DNA from: Eledone cirrhosa
Lineage: Eukaryota
Direction: 5' to 3'
DNA length: 64,000 nt
NCBI GenBank assembly: GCA_964016885.1
Contig: OZ024746.1
Span: forward strand, 26,846,001-26,910,000
The number at the start of each line of letters is the position of its first letter. Within the stretch, counting starts at the first letter, position 1. The translations under genes were made by a program, and so were the position numbers. Shown here piece after piece: positions 43,831 to 59,700 of the stretch. The notes under the pieces are model-generated. The model searched no databases and was not told the DNA's origin. It was given only the letters and a program-made list of their open reading frames with translations.

Positions 43831-46800
43831 TTGTATGAATTTATGTATGTATATAAATTTACACATCACTACTGGTTCTGGTTCTCTCCAGTATCATTTT
43901 TTTTTATTTCTATTAATTCCCCAGGAAATCTTTTGACCAACTGCTTTGATGAACTGTTTTATTTATTTTCTTTCTCTAAGATTTGAGATATTTTCTTTGA
44001 AAGCAAAATATTTTCATGGACCCCCTAAAATACTACATTGGAGCCCCAATTTACTACTTTTGTGTGTGGACACTCAAAATTCTTCTATGAATCTCCGTTG
44101 AGAACCACTCATATAGACTATCGTATGTAGTATAGGTGGGAGGTACCATATCGACTATAGAAGGCCCTGTATAGACTATAGGAGGTACCATATAGAATTT
44201 AGTATGTACTGTATACACTATATGAGGTACCGTATAGACTATAGGAGGTACTGTATGCACTATAAGAGATAACATAGACTTTAATAGGTACCACACTGTA
44301 TATTGATATGACATTAAAATGTATAAAAACATTTAATCAATTTATTGAATATATTGACATTAGAAAATTTTCAGTAAAATTTTCACATTTTTTCTTATTG
44401 TTATTTATAAATAATTTTATATATAATTCTTGTTTCTCTTATGTTTTCATATCACATTTTTTTCTTTAAGATGAATGGAGTCGTGTAGGTGGTGTACTTT
44501 TGATGGGGTATGAGATGTACAGATTATTGGTGACTAAAAAATGTACTTTTGGTCCGCCACCTTCTCGAAGGAAAAAGAAAAGTAATGAGCCAATTATTAT
44601 AGATATTGAGGAAGAAGATATGAATAAAAAATTACATTTAGGTAAGATTATTTAAATATGACATTTTACGCATTCTCATTTCTATAACATTTATTGAACG
44701 AGTGACTGTTACACATAATCAGTAAATTATAGATTTTTTTAAAATGAAAAACAAAGCTGCCCTTTTGTTATGTGAGATGAAATTTTATTTGAGTGTATAT
44801 ATATATATAGGGTTTGATTAAAACAGGTGGTCAGACTGGTGATGTTCTTTTAAAGTGTTTTGTTACAAAATCACTTGATTATGTAAGATCCTGGGCAACA
44901 TCATCAGAAACAGAAAACCTGTTCTATCCAGTAGTAAATCACTAAACATAAATTATAGTAAACCACTCTTGCCTCAAGTGGGAAAACTCCTGTCCAAACC
45001 CATGCAAGCGTGGAACATGGACGTTAAACGATGATGATGATGATGATGATGATATACATATATATATATATAATTATGTCTATCTATGTATGTATGTATG
45101 TATGATGGCTGCACCTCAGTTTTGAGAATCTCATCACTTGATCTTTTTCTTTAACATAGTTAGTGCAGAATTAACTTTTTAGGCCTGCCAAGTACTTACA
45201 TTTCTTTCTGCATATGCTGTAGCGAAAGAAAAAAAAAAGAAAAAGCCTTTATCAGTTACAACCAGCCAACACATGAAAGATCATGTGATGCTTGTGCGTG
45301 AAACGTTTTTTTAGTGAAGAAAGGTCTTGCATTTTACCAATCCCACTCTCTGAACAATGGTGACAGGTATCCTACACGAAGAACAGGTCAACATCATTGG
45401 CTGCCATCCAGTCACAGGTTTGATGGGTGTGCAATGTTAATATGCCGGAATGACAAAGTATGGATGAACTGAGAAAGAAACTGGGTATAAGAGGAATCAG
45501 GAGTAGTGTGCAAGAGAGAAGGTGGCATTAATATGGATATGTGATGCACATGGGTGATGAAGCACCAAGACATCCCAGTAGAAGGAGGTCCCAGAAGAGG
45601 AAGATTAAAGAAAACCTGGGGCAGGTGGTGAGAGCTGATCCCCATTTGCTGAAGCTCACAGAGCTGACAAGTGAAGAGATGTTGTGCTGAATAAGACCCG
45701 TCCAATCCAAGCAAGCAGAGAACAGAGGATGTAAAATGATGCCTATATATTTCTATCAAAATACTATTAAATTATTTACATTTTAAATTATATATTTAGG
45801 CATTCAAAAAGCACTTGTGAATCCTGGCCCAGATTTGATTGTTTGTGATGAAGGTCATCGAATAAAGAACAGTTTGTCTGGAGTGGCTCAATCATTAAAG
45901 AATATTAAAACTAAGTAAGTTCTCTTTCAGTTTGAGTTTTTCAAAGTATATATTATATTTTTATAAAGTATTTCAGTACATTGTCTTTTTTTGTTGATTT
46001 CTCTTTTATCTGCACACTGAAAGCACTCTGATCTACCCAACATACTCTCTCTCTGACCCACATGCCCTCATCTTTGTCATTTTTCTCTTCTATTTATCTT
46101 CATGGGTCCACACTACCTTCAACATATAGGTACAGTAAAGAGTAGTGAGAACTATTTTTTACTAGCCTTTAAGGGCACAAAACAATCTCTTTTTTACTGT
46201 TGTTATAATAAAATACACCCAGTACACTCTGTAAAGTAGTGGTGATAAAGTGGGGCCATCACAGGGCTGAGGACATAACTATTTTAATGCTGGTGTTACC
46301 ACAATAAAATGCACCCAGTACACTATGTTATATGGTTAATGGAGAAAATGCCTTTGTTAGTAAAAGAAAATAAGTTTTGTGTTTGTTAATTTAATCCTAC
46401 ATACAAATTAGATATTTTATTTAATGTTATTTTTTCCTTATATTTTCTTTGAAGGAGAAGAATTGTCCTAACAGGTTATCCACTGCAGAATAATTTATTG
46501 GAGTATTGGTGCATGGTTGACTTTGTCAGACCTAACTATTTAGGTACAAAAGCAGAATTTTGTAACATGTTTGAACGCCCCATTATGAATGGTCAGTGTG
46601 TAGACAGTACACGGGAAGATGTCACTTTAATGAGATACAGAGCCCACGTTCTTCACAGTTTGTTGCAAGGATTTATTCAGAGGTAAGAATTCTATCACAA
46701 TTTGTTTTGCAAGATTTGTTATCTGAAATTTTGTCCTGAAACAGATATTGTTGTATTTTGGGAGGGTGATGTTGCCAATCAAAATACATGCACTGGTTAA

Positions 46801-49800
46801 ATTTCACTTCAGTTTTATTATTAATCAACTTAATGACGAATTAATTACCTGATAAGTAATAAATGTGAAGCGAAACTCACCCACTACATATGTTTTGATT
46901 GACAGCTTGAATCTCTGACAGATTTATCATTCATAGACAAAATGTATTGTAATATTTTTCTATGTTCTGAATTAAAGTTTCCTTGGTTTACACTTTGCCT
47001 TTCATGCTTCTAGGGTTGATAAAACATTTACCATCCATATACTGGTTATTCTAATTGACTATACTCTTCCCACAAACTTTTCGTACTGTGTCTATTTTAG
47101 TGATCCATATTATAGGCAATAAGTAACACAAATGGAAGCTGCTTTACAGTAATTAATTTATCTTTCTTTTGCTTTGAGATTAAATTCCACCAAATTCCTC
47201 TTTTACCTCTTTTATATTTAGTGTTGATAAAGTAATAGTGTTTTGGGATCATTTCAGTTTGTTACACACTTGTCCCCTACAAAATTTGACCATATTTTAA
47301 GGGAATGCTCTTGAAATAAATTTTTTTCATGTATCAAACCTTACTAAAACCATTATACTTGGGTTCTCTGTTTACATGTTGACACAGCATTCTACATGCC
47401 TCAGTTAGCTTGGCTGACAACATATGGCACATATGTCATAGTTTACAGATGAAATGTTTAGCATGAAACTAAAAATAAAAATAACGGTCTTTTTCTATTC
47501 TCATCTTTCTCTATATTATTCTACTTAGTAAAATGACTTTTATCACTCTCTTCTATGAATATGGCAATTGTTGCTAACTAGTCATTATCACCATCATCCA
47601 CATCATGTTAGACTTTCATCACTCTCCTGTACACATGTAACAGTTGTTGCTAGTCATCACCACCATAACATATAATGATGATGGCGACAGGTTTTATATG
47701 TTTTCAAATAGAATATTGTTTTGATAACGAAAAATATATATATATAATTAGGTTTTCTTTTCTTTTTTTGTAGTTTTTTCATAAATTCATTATTTTACTT
47801 TTTATTTATAACAGGAGAGGCCATTCAGTCCTTCAGTTTAGTTTGCCCCCGAAACAAGAACATGTCTTTACTATCCGAATGTCAAATATCCAAAGACAAC
47901 TTTACAAGAAATTTATGGACTGCATTTCAGATTGTGAAATGGGGATGTGGGCCAGCTACAATCCCCTGAAAGCCTTTTCTACATGTTGTAAGGTAATTTT
48001 GTATAAAATGTTCAATTTTATCAGCAATGGAAAGACCAATGTTGTTTCCTTTGTCTAATCTGATGATTAGCTCATTTCCTTTCCCTTTTAGTTTTGCAAG
48101 TGAAAAATATTCCTCCTCTTCATTCCTGGGTGGGTCGTTGAGGCAGAGTCCTCAGACATGCTTCCCAGGGAGTCTTATCACAAGCAATTGTCTCCAATTG
48201 ATCTAGCTGGATCCTCCAATGAGACCAACTGAGCTTATGGATGTTATGCAACCATCTTGCTAGGGCTCTATTTCTGGGTCTATTGCCAGTTGACTTTGGC
48301 TGTAAAATCTGTCCAGTGATTCTTTCTTTAGACATTCTGACCACATATCCATAGTATCAGAGTTGTGATTTCTCTATTCGGAGAAGCAGTGGCTTTACAT
48401 GGAGCAACTCCCTACACACTCTATCAAGTAACATTACTCCATAGACACTTCACAGGAACCCTATTTCAGCCACTTGTATTCATGCTTGTATTCCCTCGGT
48501 CATTACCTAAGATTCATGACCCTAGGTATGGGTAGGCATGAATACCGAATTGAAGATTGTGAGTTTGGCTTTTACACCTATTTCTCTTCTGCTAACTGAT
48601 TGCTGAAGGTGGCACATTATTTCACTAGGGCGGTGGATTGGCAGTATCGGTAGAGGGTCGGACGCCATGCTTTCCAGCATAGTTACGTCCCTTTACGATC
48701 TGAGTTAAAATCCCGCCGAGGTTGACTTTGCCTTTCATCCTTACGGGGTCGATAAAATAAAGTACCAGCAATGCACTGGGTAATTGCTGGCCTTGTGCAT
48801 AAAGTAGAAACAATTATTTCACTAGCTCCAGCAATTTTTGCATTCAATTCTTAATTAATTTGATTACATAATTATATGTACAGTTTTGTACCACATGTAC
48901 TGAATTAATTGTTTAATCTTTTTAACGCAATTTTAATATTTATTTAGACAAAATATATATTGATGTCTACTTTAACATTTAGATTTGGAACCATCCAGAT
49001 GTCATGTGGAAAATTATCCAACATCAAAAAACTCTTCTTGAAGACAATGACTTGGATTTTGAACCTGATGGAAAAGTTAATGGTGTTCAGTCAGGTGGTA
49101 AAAAGAAAAACAAAACTATTGGCACCTCAACTCGTCTGAATGCAAATACAAAGAAAAAGCTACTTCCTGAACCTATGAATGTTAAAAATAATGCTCATAA
49201 ATGTTGCAGCAACTCTAGATCAAATACAAGTGACAATATGAACCTTGGTTTTCAAACAAAGGGAATCGGGATGAATAATTCTAGTGGATCAAGGGATAAA
49301 AGTTGTTGTAAGTTTAATGTTGGTCAAGATTTAGGAATGTGCTGTAATTCTGGTATGCAGGCTTGTAATAGTCCTGGCATTAATAACACGGCTAGTGGTA
49401 ACAACACATGCAATGATAACAGCCTTGAACAAAATATGAATTTTATGAGTACTAAAATAACCAACATGAAAGACAGTGGTAACCAAATGAGTGCTTCCTA
49501 TTTAAATTCAAGTTGTCACAAAGAGTCTAACAGTATAAATCCCATTAACCAAGGTTGTCATATAAATAATGAACCTAGAGGAGATATGGTGAGAAGCTTG
49601 GAGCCAGGAGAATGTATGACTAGAAATGAATCAAGTCAGGGTAATGAACACATGATTCCTTCAGCTAGTCATATCACTATGAACAGAAATTGTGATCAAA
49701 CTAACAATACAAGACATTTAATGAATAGTGAAAATCATATTGGTTCTTTAGGTTATTTGAATCCACATTCAAGTAGTGATGTTGTTCATGGCTGTTTGAA

Positions 49801-50693
49801 TACAAGCAGGCATATGGGTGTTAACAGTGTCATGAATACTAATGACCAAATTAATTTAAACTATAGTTTAAACTCTGGGAGCCATATAAGTGGCAATAAT
49901 AGTATGAACATGGTTAGTGGAGATGTAATGAATTCCAATTGTGCTATTGGTGACTCTAGCAATATTAACTCTTGCCCTACCAGTGGTTTGAATTTTGGCA
50001 ACCAATCTCATTGTTATGACAACACAAATAGCAATGTAAATCATAACCTGGGTGTTGCTAGTTTGAAGTCTTGTGCAGCAAATACAAATAACCAGTTAGG
50101 AAGTGGTAATAGTATGAACTACATGAGCAGCCATATTGGTCCTGATATCAATGCTAGTCTTTCATTGACTAATGATACCATTAAAAACATAAATATTGAT
50201 AACTGTGAACAAATAACAGATATAAAAAGTAATGTGACATGTCAGATGAATAATATGAATATTAACCGTTGTCAGATGAACAGTGATAACCAGAGTCATT
50301 TGAACAGTAACAACCCCCTTAATATGGCTAACATGCTGCTGAACAATAACAATGAAGAATCAAAAGATGACTATAACAGAGATATCAGCAGTAGTAGTAG
50401 TAATAGTAGTAATAGTCATCTAACTAGTAATACTGGCTTGAACAGTTGTAACAACACACACTTAACTACTGCTCAGGATAATGACTGTAAAAATGTAAAT
50501 ATGTGCAACAATATTTCCCAGAATGTGAATATGCAGAACTCAAATATGTATGGGAGCAGTAACTCAACCTCTGCTGTGCATGCATGCAGTCAAACTGCAA
50601 TACAAGGAAATGTACCCACTACAGTTTCCTCAATAGAGAAAAAGTTGGACACCAATGCCCTTTCTTCAGATTGGGTAAGTATATAAATGCATG

Positions 50694-50747
<54 letters not shown>

Positions 50748-53700
50748 AAAGAGAGAGAAAACTTTCATTTGTATGAAGCCATCAGGAAAGCCTTGATATC
50801 CCGTTATAAAATCTATGTTAGTTGATTGTCGGTATTGATTTTTTTTTTTCACTACAATCAACAAACTATGAAGTAATCAGATTTAAGCATGTCAATTGTA
50901 CTCATCTAAGTATGTACCGGTATCTCGTAGGCTGGTATCCGACAGAACATTCGTATGTAAGTAAATACAAAGAGACGGTTCTACAATTCCATAGTTTAGT
51001 TTATTTAATAAATTATTTAATTAACTAAAGTATGGAATTGTAGAATTATCTCTTTATATTTACTTATATATTAATGTAAAATTATGATTTCCATATTCAA
51101 ATTTATAATGATCTATCAATTTAACCTCATGAAGTATTTTCACTGTAAATTTGCAAAAGAGTAGCATTTTCCCCACACATTCATTCATATACCTTTGCTT
51201 ATAATGAAAGCACATTGTATATTACTGTTTTTTTTTTTTTTAAAAGAAGACACAGGTAAATAAAAATCTTTGTGGCTTTTTAAAATTAACAATGTCTTAA
51301 ATTTAGATGATAACTTAAACCCAGTAAAACTCAATCACCGATCAAAGCCATAGAACATCATTTCTCCGATTGTAAACACGTTATGTAACAAGTCTCACCT
51401 GACTTGTTGCATAATGTGACAACTCTTCTAACCCATGCAAGCATGGGAAAATGGGTGCTAAATAATGATGATTATTTCCTGTGAGTTTAACACACTGTAT
51501 TTATAATTTCATTAAAAGGTAGCAGAAATAATGAAAGATTACACACCAGAATTACTGGAGAATGGTGGTAAAATGGTATTGCTGTTCAGTCTTCTAGAAG
51601 AATCTCTGAAAGTTGATGATAAGTTGTTGGTTTTCAGGTATGTGAAATTGCTAGGAAAATATCTATATATATTTATTATTATGGTGTATCTTTATATTTA
51701 TTCCATACTTTTGATATTATTTTTCTTTCTTGATAATATCATCTGCTAATCTTTATCTGTTCAGTATTAACCCCCTACACCCACTCCACCCTCACCACTA
51801 CTTTTCACATTTGCTGTCATTTGTGGTCATAAGCCTCCTCTCACTTGATGAAAGTTAGGAAAGAAAATCTTTAATTATATTTCAGCTTTGATTCACTTAT
51901 AATTATTTAGCAGTATTAATTAGTATTAACCAGATAGTAGCAGTATTAACCAGTTAGTAGCAGTATTAACTAATGTTAACCAGTTTGTAGCAGTATTAAC
52001 TAGATAGCAGCAATATTAACTAGTATTAACCAGACAGCAGCAGTAGTAACCAGATAGAAAATTAGTAGAATTGTTAGGGTGTTGTATTAAGAGGACTTGT
52101 GGTATTTGTTTCAGGTGTTCTGAGTTGAAATCCCGCCAGGATTAACTTATCCTTTCAGTGTCAGTAAATATAGTACCAGTCTTATGGTGTTGGGTTGTTG
52201 GAATTATTAGGATGTTTGTGGCTCTGCATTCTAAATTCAAATCCTGCTTCCTGTCTCTGGGAACATGATGACATGCTAAGACTAGGGCCCATATCATTAA
52301 AATACCTTAGAAATCTCCTATGAGATGTAACCTCATAGACCAGCTAAACCTACACAAGTGTGAAAGCCATAATTATAACATTAGTACTAACCATAATTTA
52401 AACTATATAATCCTATATAATGTGTTCTATCAGGGTTTTTTGCCTTTAGTGACTTTATTTCAACATATAATTTTTTAATCGTTTTTCTGTTTTAGTCAAA
52501 GCCTCACCACTCTAAATGTTATTGAAGATTTCCTCAATAAACGGCAAGTACCTCGGCCAGAAATGAATGAGAACTGGTGTAAAAATAAAAGTTATTTCCG
52601 TAAGTAGCACAACATCTTTATATTGTTTTTAGTTTGTTGGTTTTACTCCCATATTTCCATTCTGACATGATTTGGACACAATTTTTTGAGGTAGCATTTA
52701 ATGACTATATATATTATATATATATAAACTCATATAAGCGCTTGAAATTAGGTCACAATTTTGATCCCTCGCGCATTCTGGAGATATGGTCAATATTGGG
52801 CCTTAGGTAACGCTTTTGTTCCGCGTATGACAAACTTCATACTCATCATTAAAATACTTTGATGTAATGTTGTGTGTATGTATAATGATGATGATCATCA
52901 TCACTTTTACTTCCATTTTTCCATGATGGCATGAGTTGTACAGGACATTTTGAGCTAATATTTTACAGCCAGATGCCCTTGCCGACACCAACCTATTTAA
53001 TTGGTTCTTGGGACACACAGGGTTATGGTGTACCTATTCTAAACTGTACACACACACACACTATGTGTGTATGTACATTTAAATAATCTATATTTGAAGT
53101 TGAGCCTTGCATTTCCAAAGTGAGTTGTTTCAATTAATTCAAGACATTTTTATATTTTGCATGATGATGATTTAATTTTATTGTTGGTTTGTAGGATTGG
53201 ATGGCAGTACTTCTGCAGCAGAACGAGAAAAATTGATCAACCAGTTTAATTCTCCCGATAATAATAGAGTTTGGCTATTTTTACTATCAACACGGTAAGT
53301 CCTTAAGTTTGTCTTACCCAACATAAGTTTCTTCATTTTTCAGTATAAAATTTATTGATTTTGTAAATCAAAGGGTCAATATCGGAACTGGGCAATTAAA
53401 GAATTCTAATAGATTTAGATAAAAAGTGATTATAAATTAATTCTAGGCTAAAATACAATACAGTATTTGTTCTTGATCTCTAAATCTTTTGGAGGTTGAT
53501 AAAAATGCAGTTTTCTGAGTTTCAATTCTACCTCCTGTCATTGGAAAAACCTTGCATGGCATGCAACCTCATAGCTGAGCCCACATAGCTGCAAGATGAC
53601 TGAAATTATAATTGAATTTTTACAGCATTCTTATAATATAATTAAATATTTGTATATTAGAACTAACATGTTAATATTTATTCCAGAGCTGGATGTCTTG

Positions 53701-56700
53701 GTATCAATCTTATTGGAGCTAATCGTGTTGTTATTTTTGATGCCTCATGGAATCCGTGCCATGATTGTCAGGCTGTTTGTCGTGTTTATCGCTATGGTCA
53801 ACAGAAATATTCATACATATACAGGTTAATAACTGATAACACATTAGAGAAGAAAATATATGATAGACAAATAAACAAGCAAGGCATGTCAGGTGAGTAC
53901 ATTTTAAGAAAAACATTTAAAAAAATTTTTTTTATTCAATATTGTAAAATCCTCACAGTTTGTTATTGATTACACGGTTGATTGATTATTGAATCTGATT
54001 TGATGTTTGCAGATCGAGTAGTTGATGAACTGAATCCAGAAAATCAATTTACAAGACAGCAAGTTGACAGTCTGTTACACTATGTGGTATGTACTTGACT
54101 TTTATTAAACATTTTTACATCCAGTTTTCAATCAAAAATATTAAATGGACTTTTTTTATATGAACCACATCTAGTTTTACGAAACAAAATCACCCATTTT
54201 AAAGGGTTCTAATTACTGTTAGGTCCCAGATCTTATAGATCTTTGATGAAAACTATCATAGTCATCACCATTGCTACTTTTGGTATATTAAGAGCTACAC
54301 TGTCTAATATGTCCTTCCTTTTTTAAGACTTGGGTGTATCGAGCTGCTATTTCTAGCATACGATAGAGCTAAAATTATAATTCATTGCTGTAAGTAACTG
54401 CAGAAGTGGAATTGTTAAGTATTATGTTGGATTACAGTGTTGTGACACTGTCCTAACACTGTTGTGACACTGTCATGCCACTATCCTGACACTGTCATGC
54501 TACTGTTGTGACATTGTCATGACCAGTGGCAAAATGTTGGGGGTGTAGCTGCACCCCAAAAATTTGGTTTTGTCGGAAAATTCTTAAGTTTTAAAAAAAA
54601 TTGTATACTTTGCTTGTTCATTTTAATTACTCGAAACAATAAAATATGTACAATACAATGATAAAGATGCCATAAGAATGATTGGCATGCATAAAAATGG
54701 TCCTTAACCTTTTATATTATATACCTGTCATCTTATATAGCGCATTTCTTGTATTCTACTTTATTATTGTCATTATTTTGAAATTGCACTTTTAAAAAAA
54801 GGTCGTAAATTCGAAGTTTTAAAGTTAGTTTGTATTTTTTTCATATCATATCATATATTATATTATCTGTCTTTCTCTTGCCAATTTCTTTTTCTACCAC
54901 TGTCAATATATTTATGTATATGTGTATATATACATAGTACACCCTATAAATTGTCAGTGTTGCTGCCTTCATAGAATATACCTTGTCAAGTCTATAAAGT
55001 GGTTGTGCTGGTGACAAATTAGTTATTTTTGTTGGAAAATTAGTCGTTTTTGTCATAAAATTACGAACATCTGCACCTCTAAAAATGATAGGAGCAATGC
55101 GCTTATTTGCATGACACTGTCTTGCCACTGTTGTGACACTATCATGCCACTGTTGTGACACTATCTTGACACTTTGCTGTCAATGTCCTGACACTCTCCT
55201 GTCGTTATGACATAATCATGCTACTGTCCTGATACTGTTCTGACACTCTCCTGTTATCATTTATATGTTGTAATAAATAACAATTGATAATTGTGATGTT
55301 TGAAAATCTTAACAAGATATATTCATTATAATATATTAAATAGGACCAAGAATTACCTGAAGTTAAGTTGGATACTTTTAGCAGTGAAGGTGATTCTGTC
55401 TTGGCAACTGTTCTTGAAAAACATGGAAAATGGTTAACAAAGGTATGTTTATTACATTCAGTTGATATTGATTTACTAAAACATCAATAATAGTTGATAT
55501 TGATTTACTAAAACAACAATAATATTTGATATTGATCTACTAAAAAATCAATAACAGTTGATATTGATCTACTAAAACATCAATAATAGTTGATATTGAT
55601 TTAATAAAACATCAATAATATGTTATATTGATTTACTAAAAAATCAATAAGCTTACATTAGTTTGTTACTGACTTGCTATGTGATGATCCATCCAACTCC
55701 TGATATCAAATTAAACATTTCTTTAAGGCAAAATATTTAATGTTACATTGGTGAAAAATAATCTACTAATTTATACTAATGCTTTTAAAACAGTTTTTCT
55801 TAATTTTGAGCTTGTATATTCTCCAAAATGGTAAATATTTAAAGTCTTATTTCTATCATAGGAACCATTTACTCATGAATCTTTGCTATTAGACCAAAAA
55901 AGTTTACGACTAAGCAAGAAAGAAAAGCAACTTGCTAAACAAGGTTATGTTATGGAGAAGAAGATGAATTTAAATTATAGTCGACAATCGTATACAATGT
56001 ATTACCCTAAGCCAGGGCAATCGACACAGTATTATCAAGGTTCTGGACCATGGTAAATATTGTTTTTAAATATATTTATTTATATTTGTATGTTTTTGTT
56101 TTGTATATTTAATCTAGACACCTCCATCTTTTATCCTTTTTATCCAAATATAGATCTAACAACATTAAAAGTATGTAATAATTACAAATCATCTGAACTC
56201 TTCTAACTACAGGTAATATAGGTAGCAGTTCTAATTGCAGGTAATATATGTAAAAGCTCTAATTACAGGTAATATATGTAGCAGCTCTAATTACATGTAC
56301 TATAGGTTGTTGCTATAACCACAGATTATTAAGCTCATCTTTAGTGGTAGACATTTAAAAAATATTTATATCTACACTATGTTCAACCCATGCAAGCATG
56401 GAAAACAAATGTGATGCTGATAATGACCCTAGTGTTCAACCAGTTTGATTTGTGGTTATGATAATGACCCTAGTGTTCAACCAGTTTTATCTGTGGTTGA
56501 GATAATGACACTAGGTTTCAACCAGTTTGATCTGTGGTTATGATAATGACACTAGGTTTCAACCAGTTTGATCTGTGGTTATGATAACGACACTAGGGTT
56601 CAACCAGTTTTACCTGTGGTTGAGATAATGACACTAGGTTTCAACCAGTTTGATCTGTGGTTATGATAATGACACTAGGTTTCAACCAGTTTGATCTGTG

Positions 56701-59700
56701 GTTATGATAATGACACTAGGTTTCAACCAGTTTTATCTGTGGTTGAGATAATGACACTAGGTTTCAACCAGTTTTATCTGTGGTTATGATAATGACACTA
56801 GGTTTCAACCAGTTTGATCTGTGGTTATGATAATGACACTAGGTTTCAACCAGTTTTATCTGTGGTTGAGATAATGACACTAGGTTTCAACCAGTTTGAT
56901 TTGTGCTTATGATAATGACACTAGGGTTCAACCAGTTTAGTCTGTGGTTATGATAATGACACTAGGGTTCAATCAGATGTTTTATAGATATGGAATAGGG
57001 TGTTTTATTTTTAAACTAAGGATAGCAATACCCTTATCTATTGGGTCACTGAGACAATTTTGGGAATGAGACAGCTAATAATGATGGCTGAAGAAATTGA
57101 TTGGAACTTAAGGGAGATATAAATGTATCTGTCAAGAGAGAAGATTAATAGTTGGAAATGTTGCAACTCGCCCGAGATATGTAATTGTAATGTATCAGGC
57201 CTTTAACCATGGAAGGTTTGTTTTAACAACTCCTACCTGTGTAGGTTTAGCTGGCCTCATACAAGCAGTTTCGGGTGTTGTAATGATAGGAACCACTGAG
57301 AAGAGACACAAACTTAATTATCAAGTTATTGTCATCACACTTTCATGCATTTGTTGTTGTTGTGTTTTAATGATGTGGGCCTCAGATCTACTGTCTTCGG
57401 TGCTTTAGTAATATGAGTGCCAGTCCTACTGTCATTGGTGTTTTAATGATAGGGACCCAGTCTTGTTTTTTCAGGTATTTTAATAAGGAGTTGGCAGGAC
57501 TATTCACCTGTATCAAAGACAAGCCAGCCTCTCTAGTGCTGATGCCATGATAAAATGCTCTTGGTAGAATGTGTGAACACATGTGAGATGTTGTCCCCCA
57601 GCCCATCTGAGAAATTAGTAGCTCTATTTGAGTACTTGGTCTGTAACGACCTAAACCCTTACTAGCACGGAAAACAAATGTTAAATGATGGTGATGATGA
57701 ACCCCAGCCTTACCATGTTGGGTGTTTTAGTGATAGGGGCCCTAGTCCTACTGTCATGCAATAATTAAAAAATCATAAATTAAAGCTGTATGTAATAAAA
57801 AGAAAAATAGTAAAAATTAAATGATAATGAAAGAAATTGTATTTTCTGATAATTTCAGGCCCAATAATTTGGCAGCAGGTGAACGACCAGTGGCCAGTGT
57901 GAAACCAATTATATCAACTCCTGTACCAATGACACTTCCTCAAGTTAATTTTCCACTGAATCAAATGTTGCGTTCCACTGTGTCAGGACAACAGGTGAAA
58001 GTAGTGAGACCAGGTGTATCAGTTCATCAAATTGTCACTACTACAGGTAATAATAACTTAGCTTTCACAGTTAATCATCTAAAACTAATAACAATCATAT
58101 CCATGTTGCGTTAATGTCTCTTTACCAGGTAAAATAGATGATTGTTGTGTAGAGGTTAATGGTTCAGTTGACCTCTACACTGCTTCAGGTGACCACTACA
58201 CTGCTTCAGGTGACCACTACAAGGGTTCAGGTGACCTTTATACTGGTTCAGATGACCTCTATACTAGTTAAGTTGACCTCTACAATGGTTCAGTTTATTT
58301 GTGACAGTTTAAACAGAATATCAACATCAGCACCACCACCACCCTCTGTCACACTTTCGTAGCTATTATCACCATCACTGTAGCCCTTCCCTCCACTATC
58401 ACTACTTAGCTATTATCACCATCACTGTTCATGACCCTATCAAATCCCACCACACTTGTCATACACCCATGATACCCTATCATCCTTCTTATTCATCACC
58501 CCCACTGCACCCATCCTATCCACACTGTAGAATAATACAGTGTGGATTGGATGGGTTTCTGTAATGACTCATCCAACTCTTGCTAATACTGACCTTGTCT
58601 GTGACAATCCATCCAACCCTTGTTTGGAGTTAAAATGGGCATTAAATGATGATGACGATGATGATGATTTTGTTTTTTTCATATCTGATATCTTTTTTTT
58701 CTATTTAGATATTATGCTTCCTGGTTCCAATAATAATTCATCATATCCAGATGTGATCCCAGCTGGTCAACAAATCCATGTCATTAAAACTCCAAGAGGT
58801 GTATACATTCGTACAAATAAGGGCAAGATCTTTGCTGTTCGCTCTAAACCACCAGCCTCTTCAACCACAACCAACCAAACACCTGCATCAAATTTGTCTG
58901 ATCTTCTCTTACCACCATCAACATCCACTGCTACAAGCTCTAGCAACCTCAGTAATATCACTATCAATTCAACCAATTTAGGATCAAGCAACAGTAATAT
59001 ATTTTATTTATTCTTTCATCGTCATCATCATCATCATCATCATCATCATATATAATTCTGTTTTTATTTGTTGGGTCAATTGTTTTTAGCTTCAGGGTTT
59101 GTTAGCCAGGCAGACTGAAACACAGTTTTATACCTTCCCTCAGTATACATTACCAACACCACCACCACCACCATCATCATAGCAAGAGTTAGAGTGGGCA
59201 TTTTATCAGTGTTTTACAGCCAGCTCTTCCTCGTGCTAATATGTTAGAGGTCTGTTACAGTATGTAGTGTGTGATCTATAGGTGCATCAAGTTATGTCCC
59301 CTTATGCAGAAAAATGTAAAAGCTTAGCCATTCAGTAAATGAAGAGCAATAAAATAAGAACCCATTCTCTATTTTTAATTTTGGTATATATTGCTCATCT
59401 TCATTGGACTGCTAAACTGCAGGACATAAACAAACATCGCCACTTGTCTAAACAGTGTCAATGTGAAGATACACATACAATATATATATATATATAATGG
59501 GCTTTCACAGTTTCTGTCTACCAAATTGGTTTGCTCAAGGCTATAGTAGAAGACACTTGTCCAAGGTGCCACTCAGTCGGATTGGACCTCAAACCATCAT
59601 CATCATCATTATCATCATTTTACGTCCGCTTTTTCCTGCTTGCAAGGGTGGGACGGGTCTTATTCAGCACAGCATCTCTCCACTCGTCACGGTCCCTCGT

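Noticed and set aside
54524-55109. Possible DNA-transposon insertion splitting an 11/22-bp tandem repeat
   Set aside because: Only a short catgac direct repeat that is part of the host repeat, and no convincing TIR pair.
56419-56975. CRISPR-like appearance of the regular 41-bp repeat
   Set aside because: Units are contiguous with no unique spacers, in a eukaryotic intron: a minisatellite.
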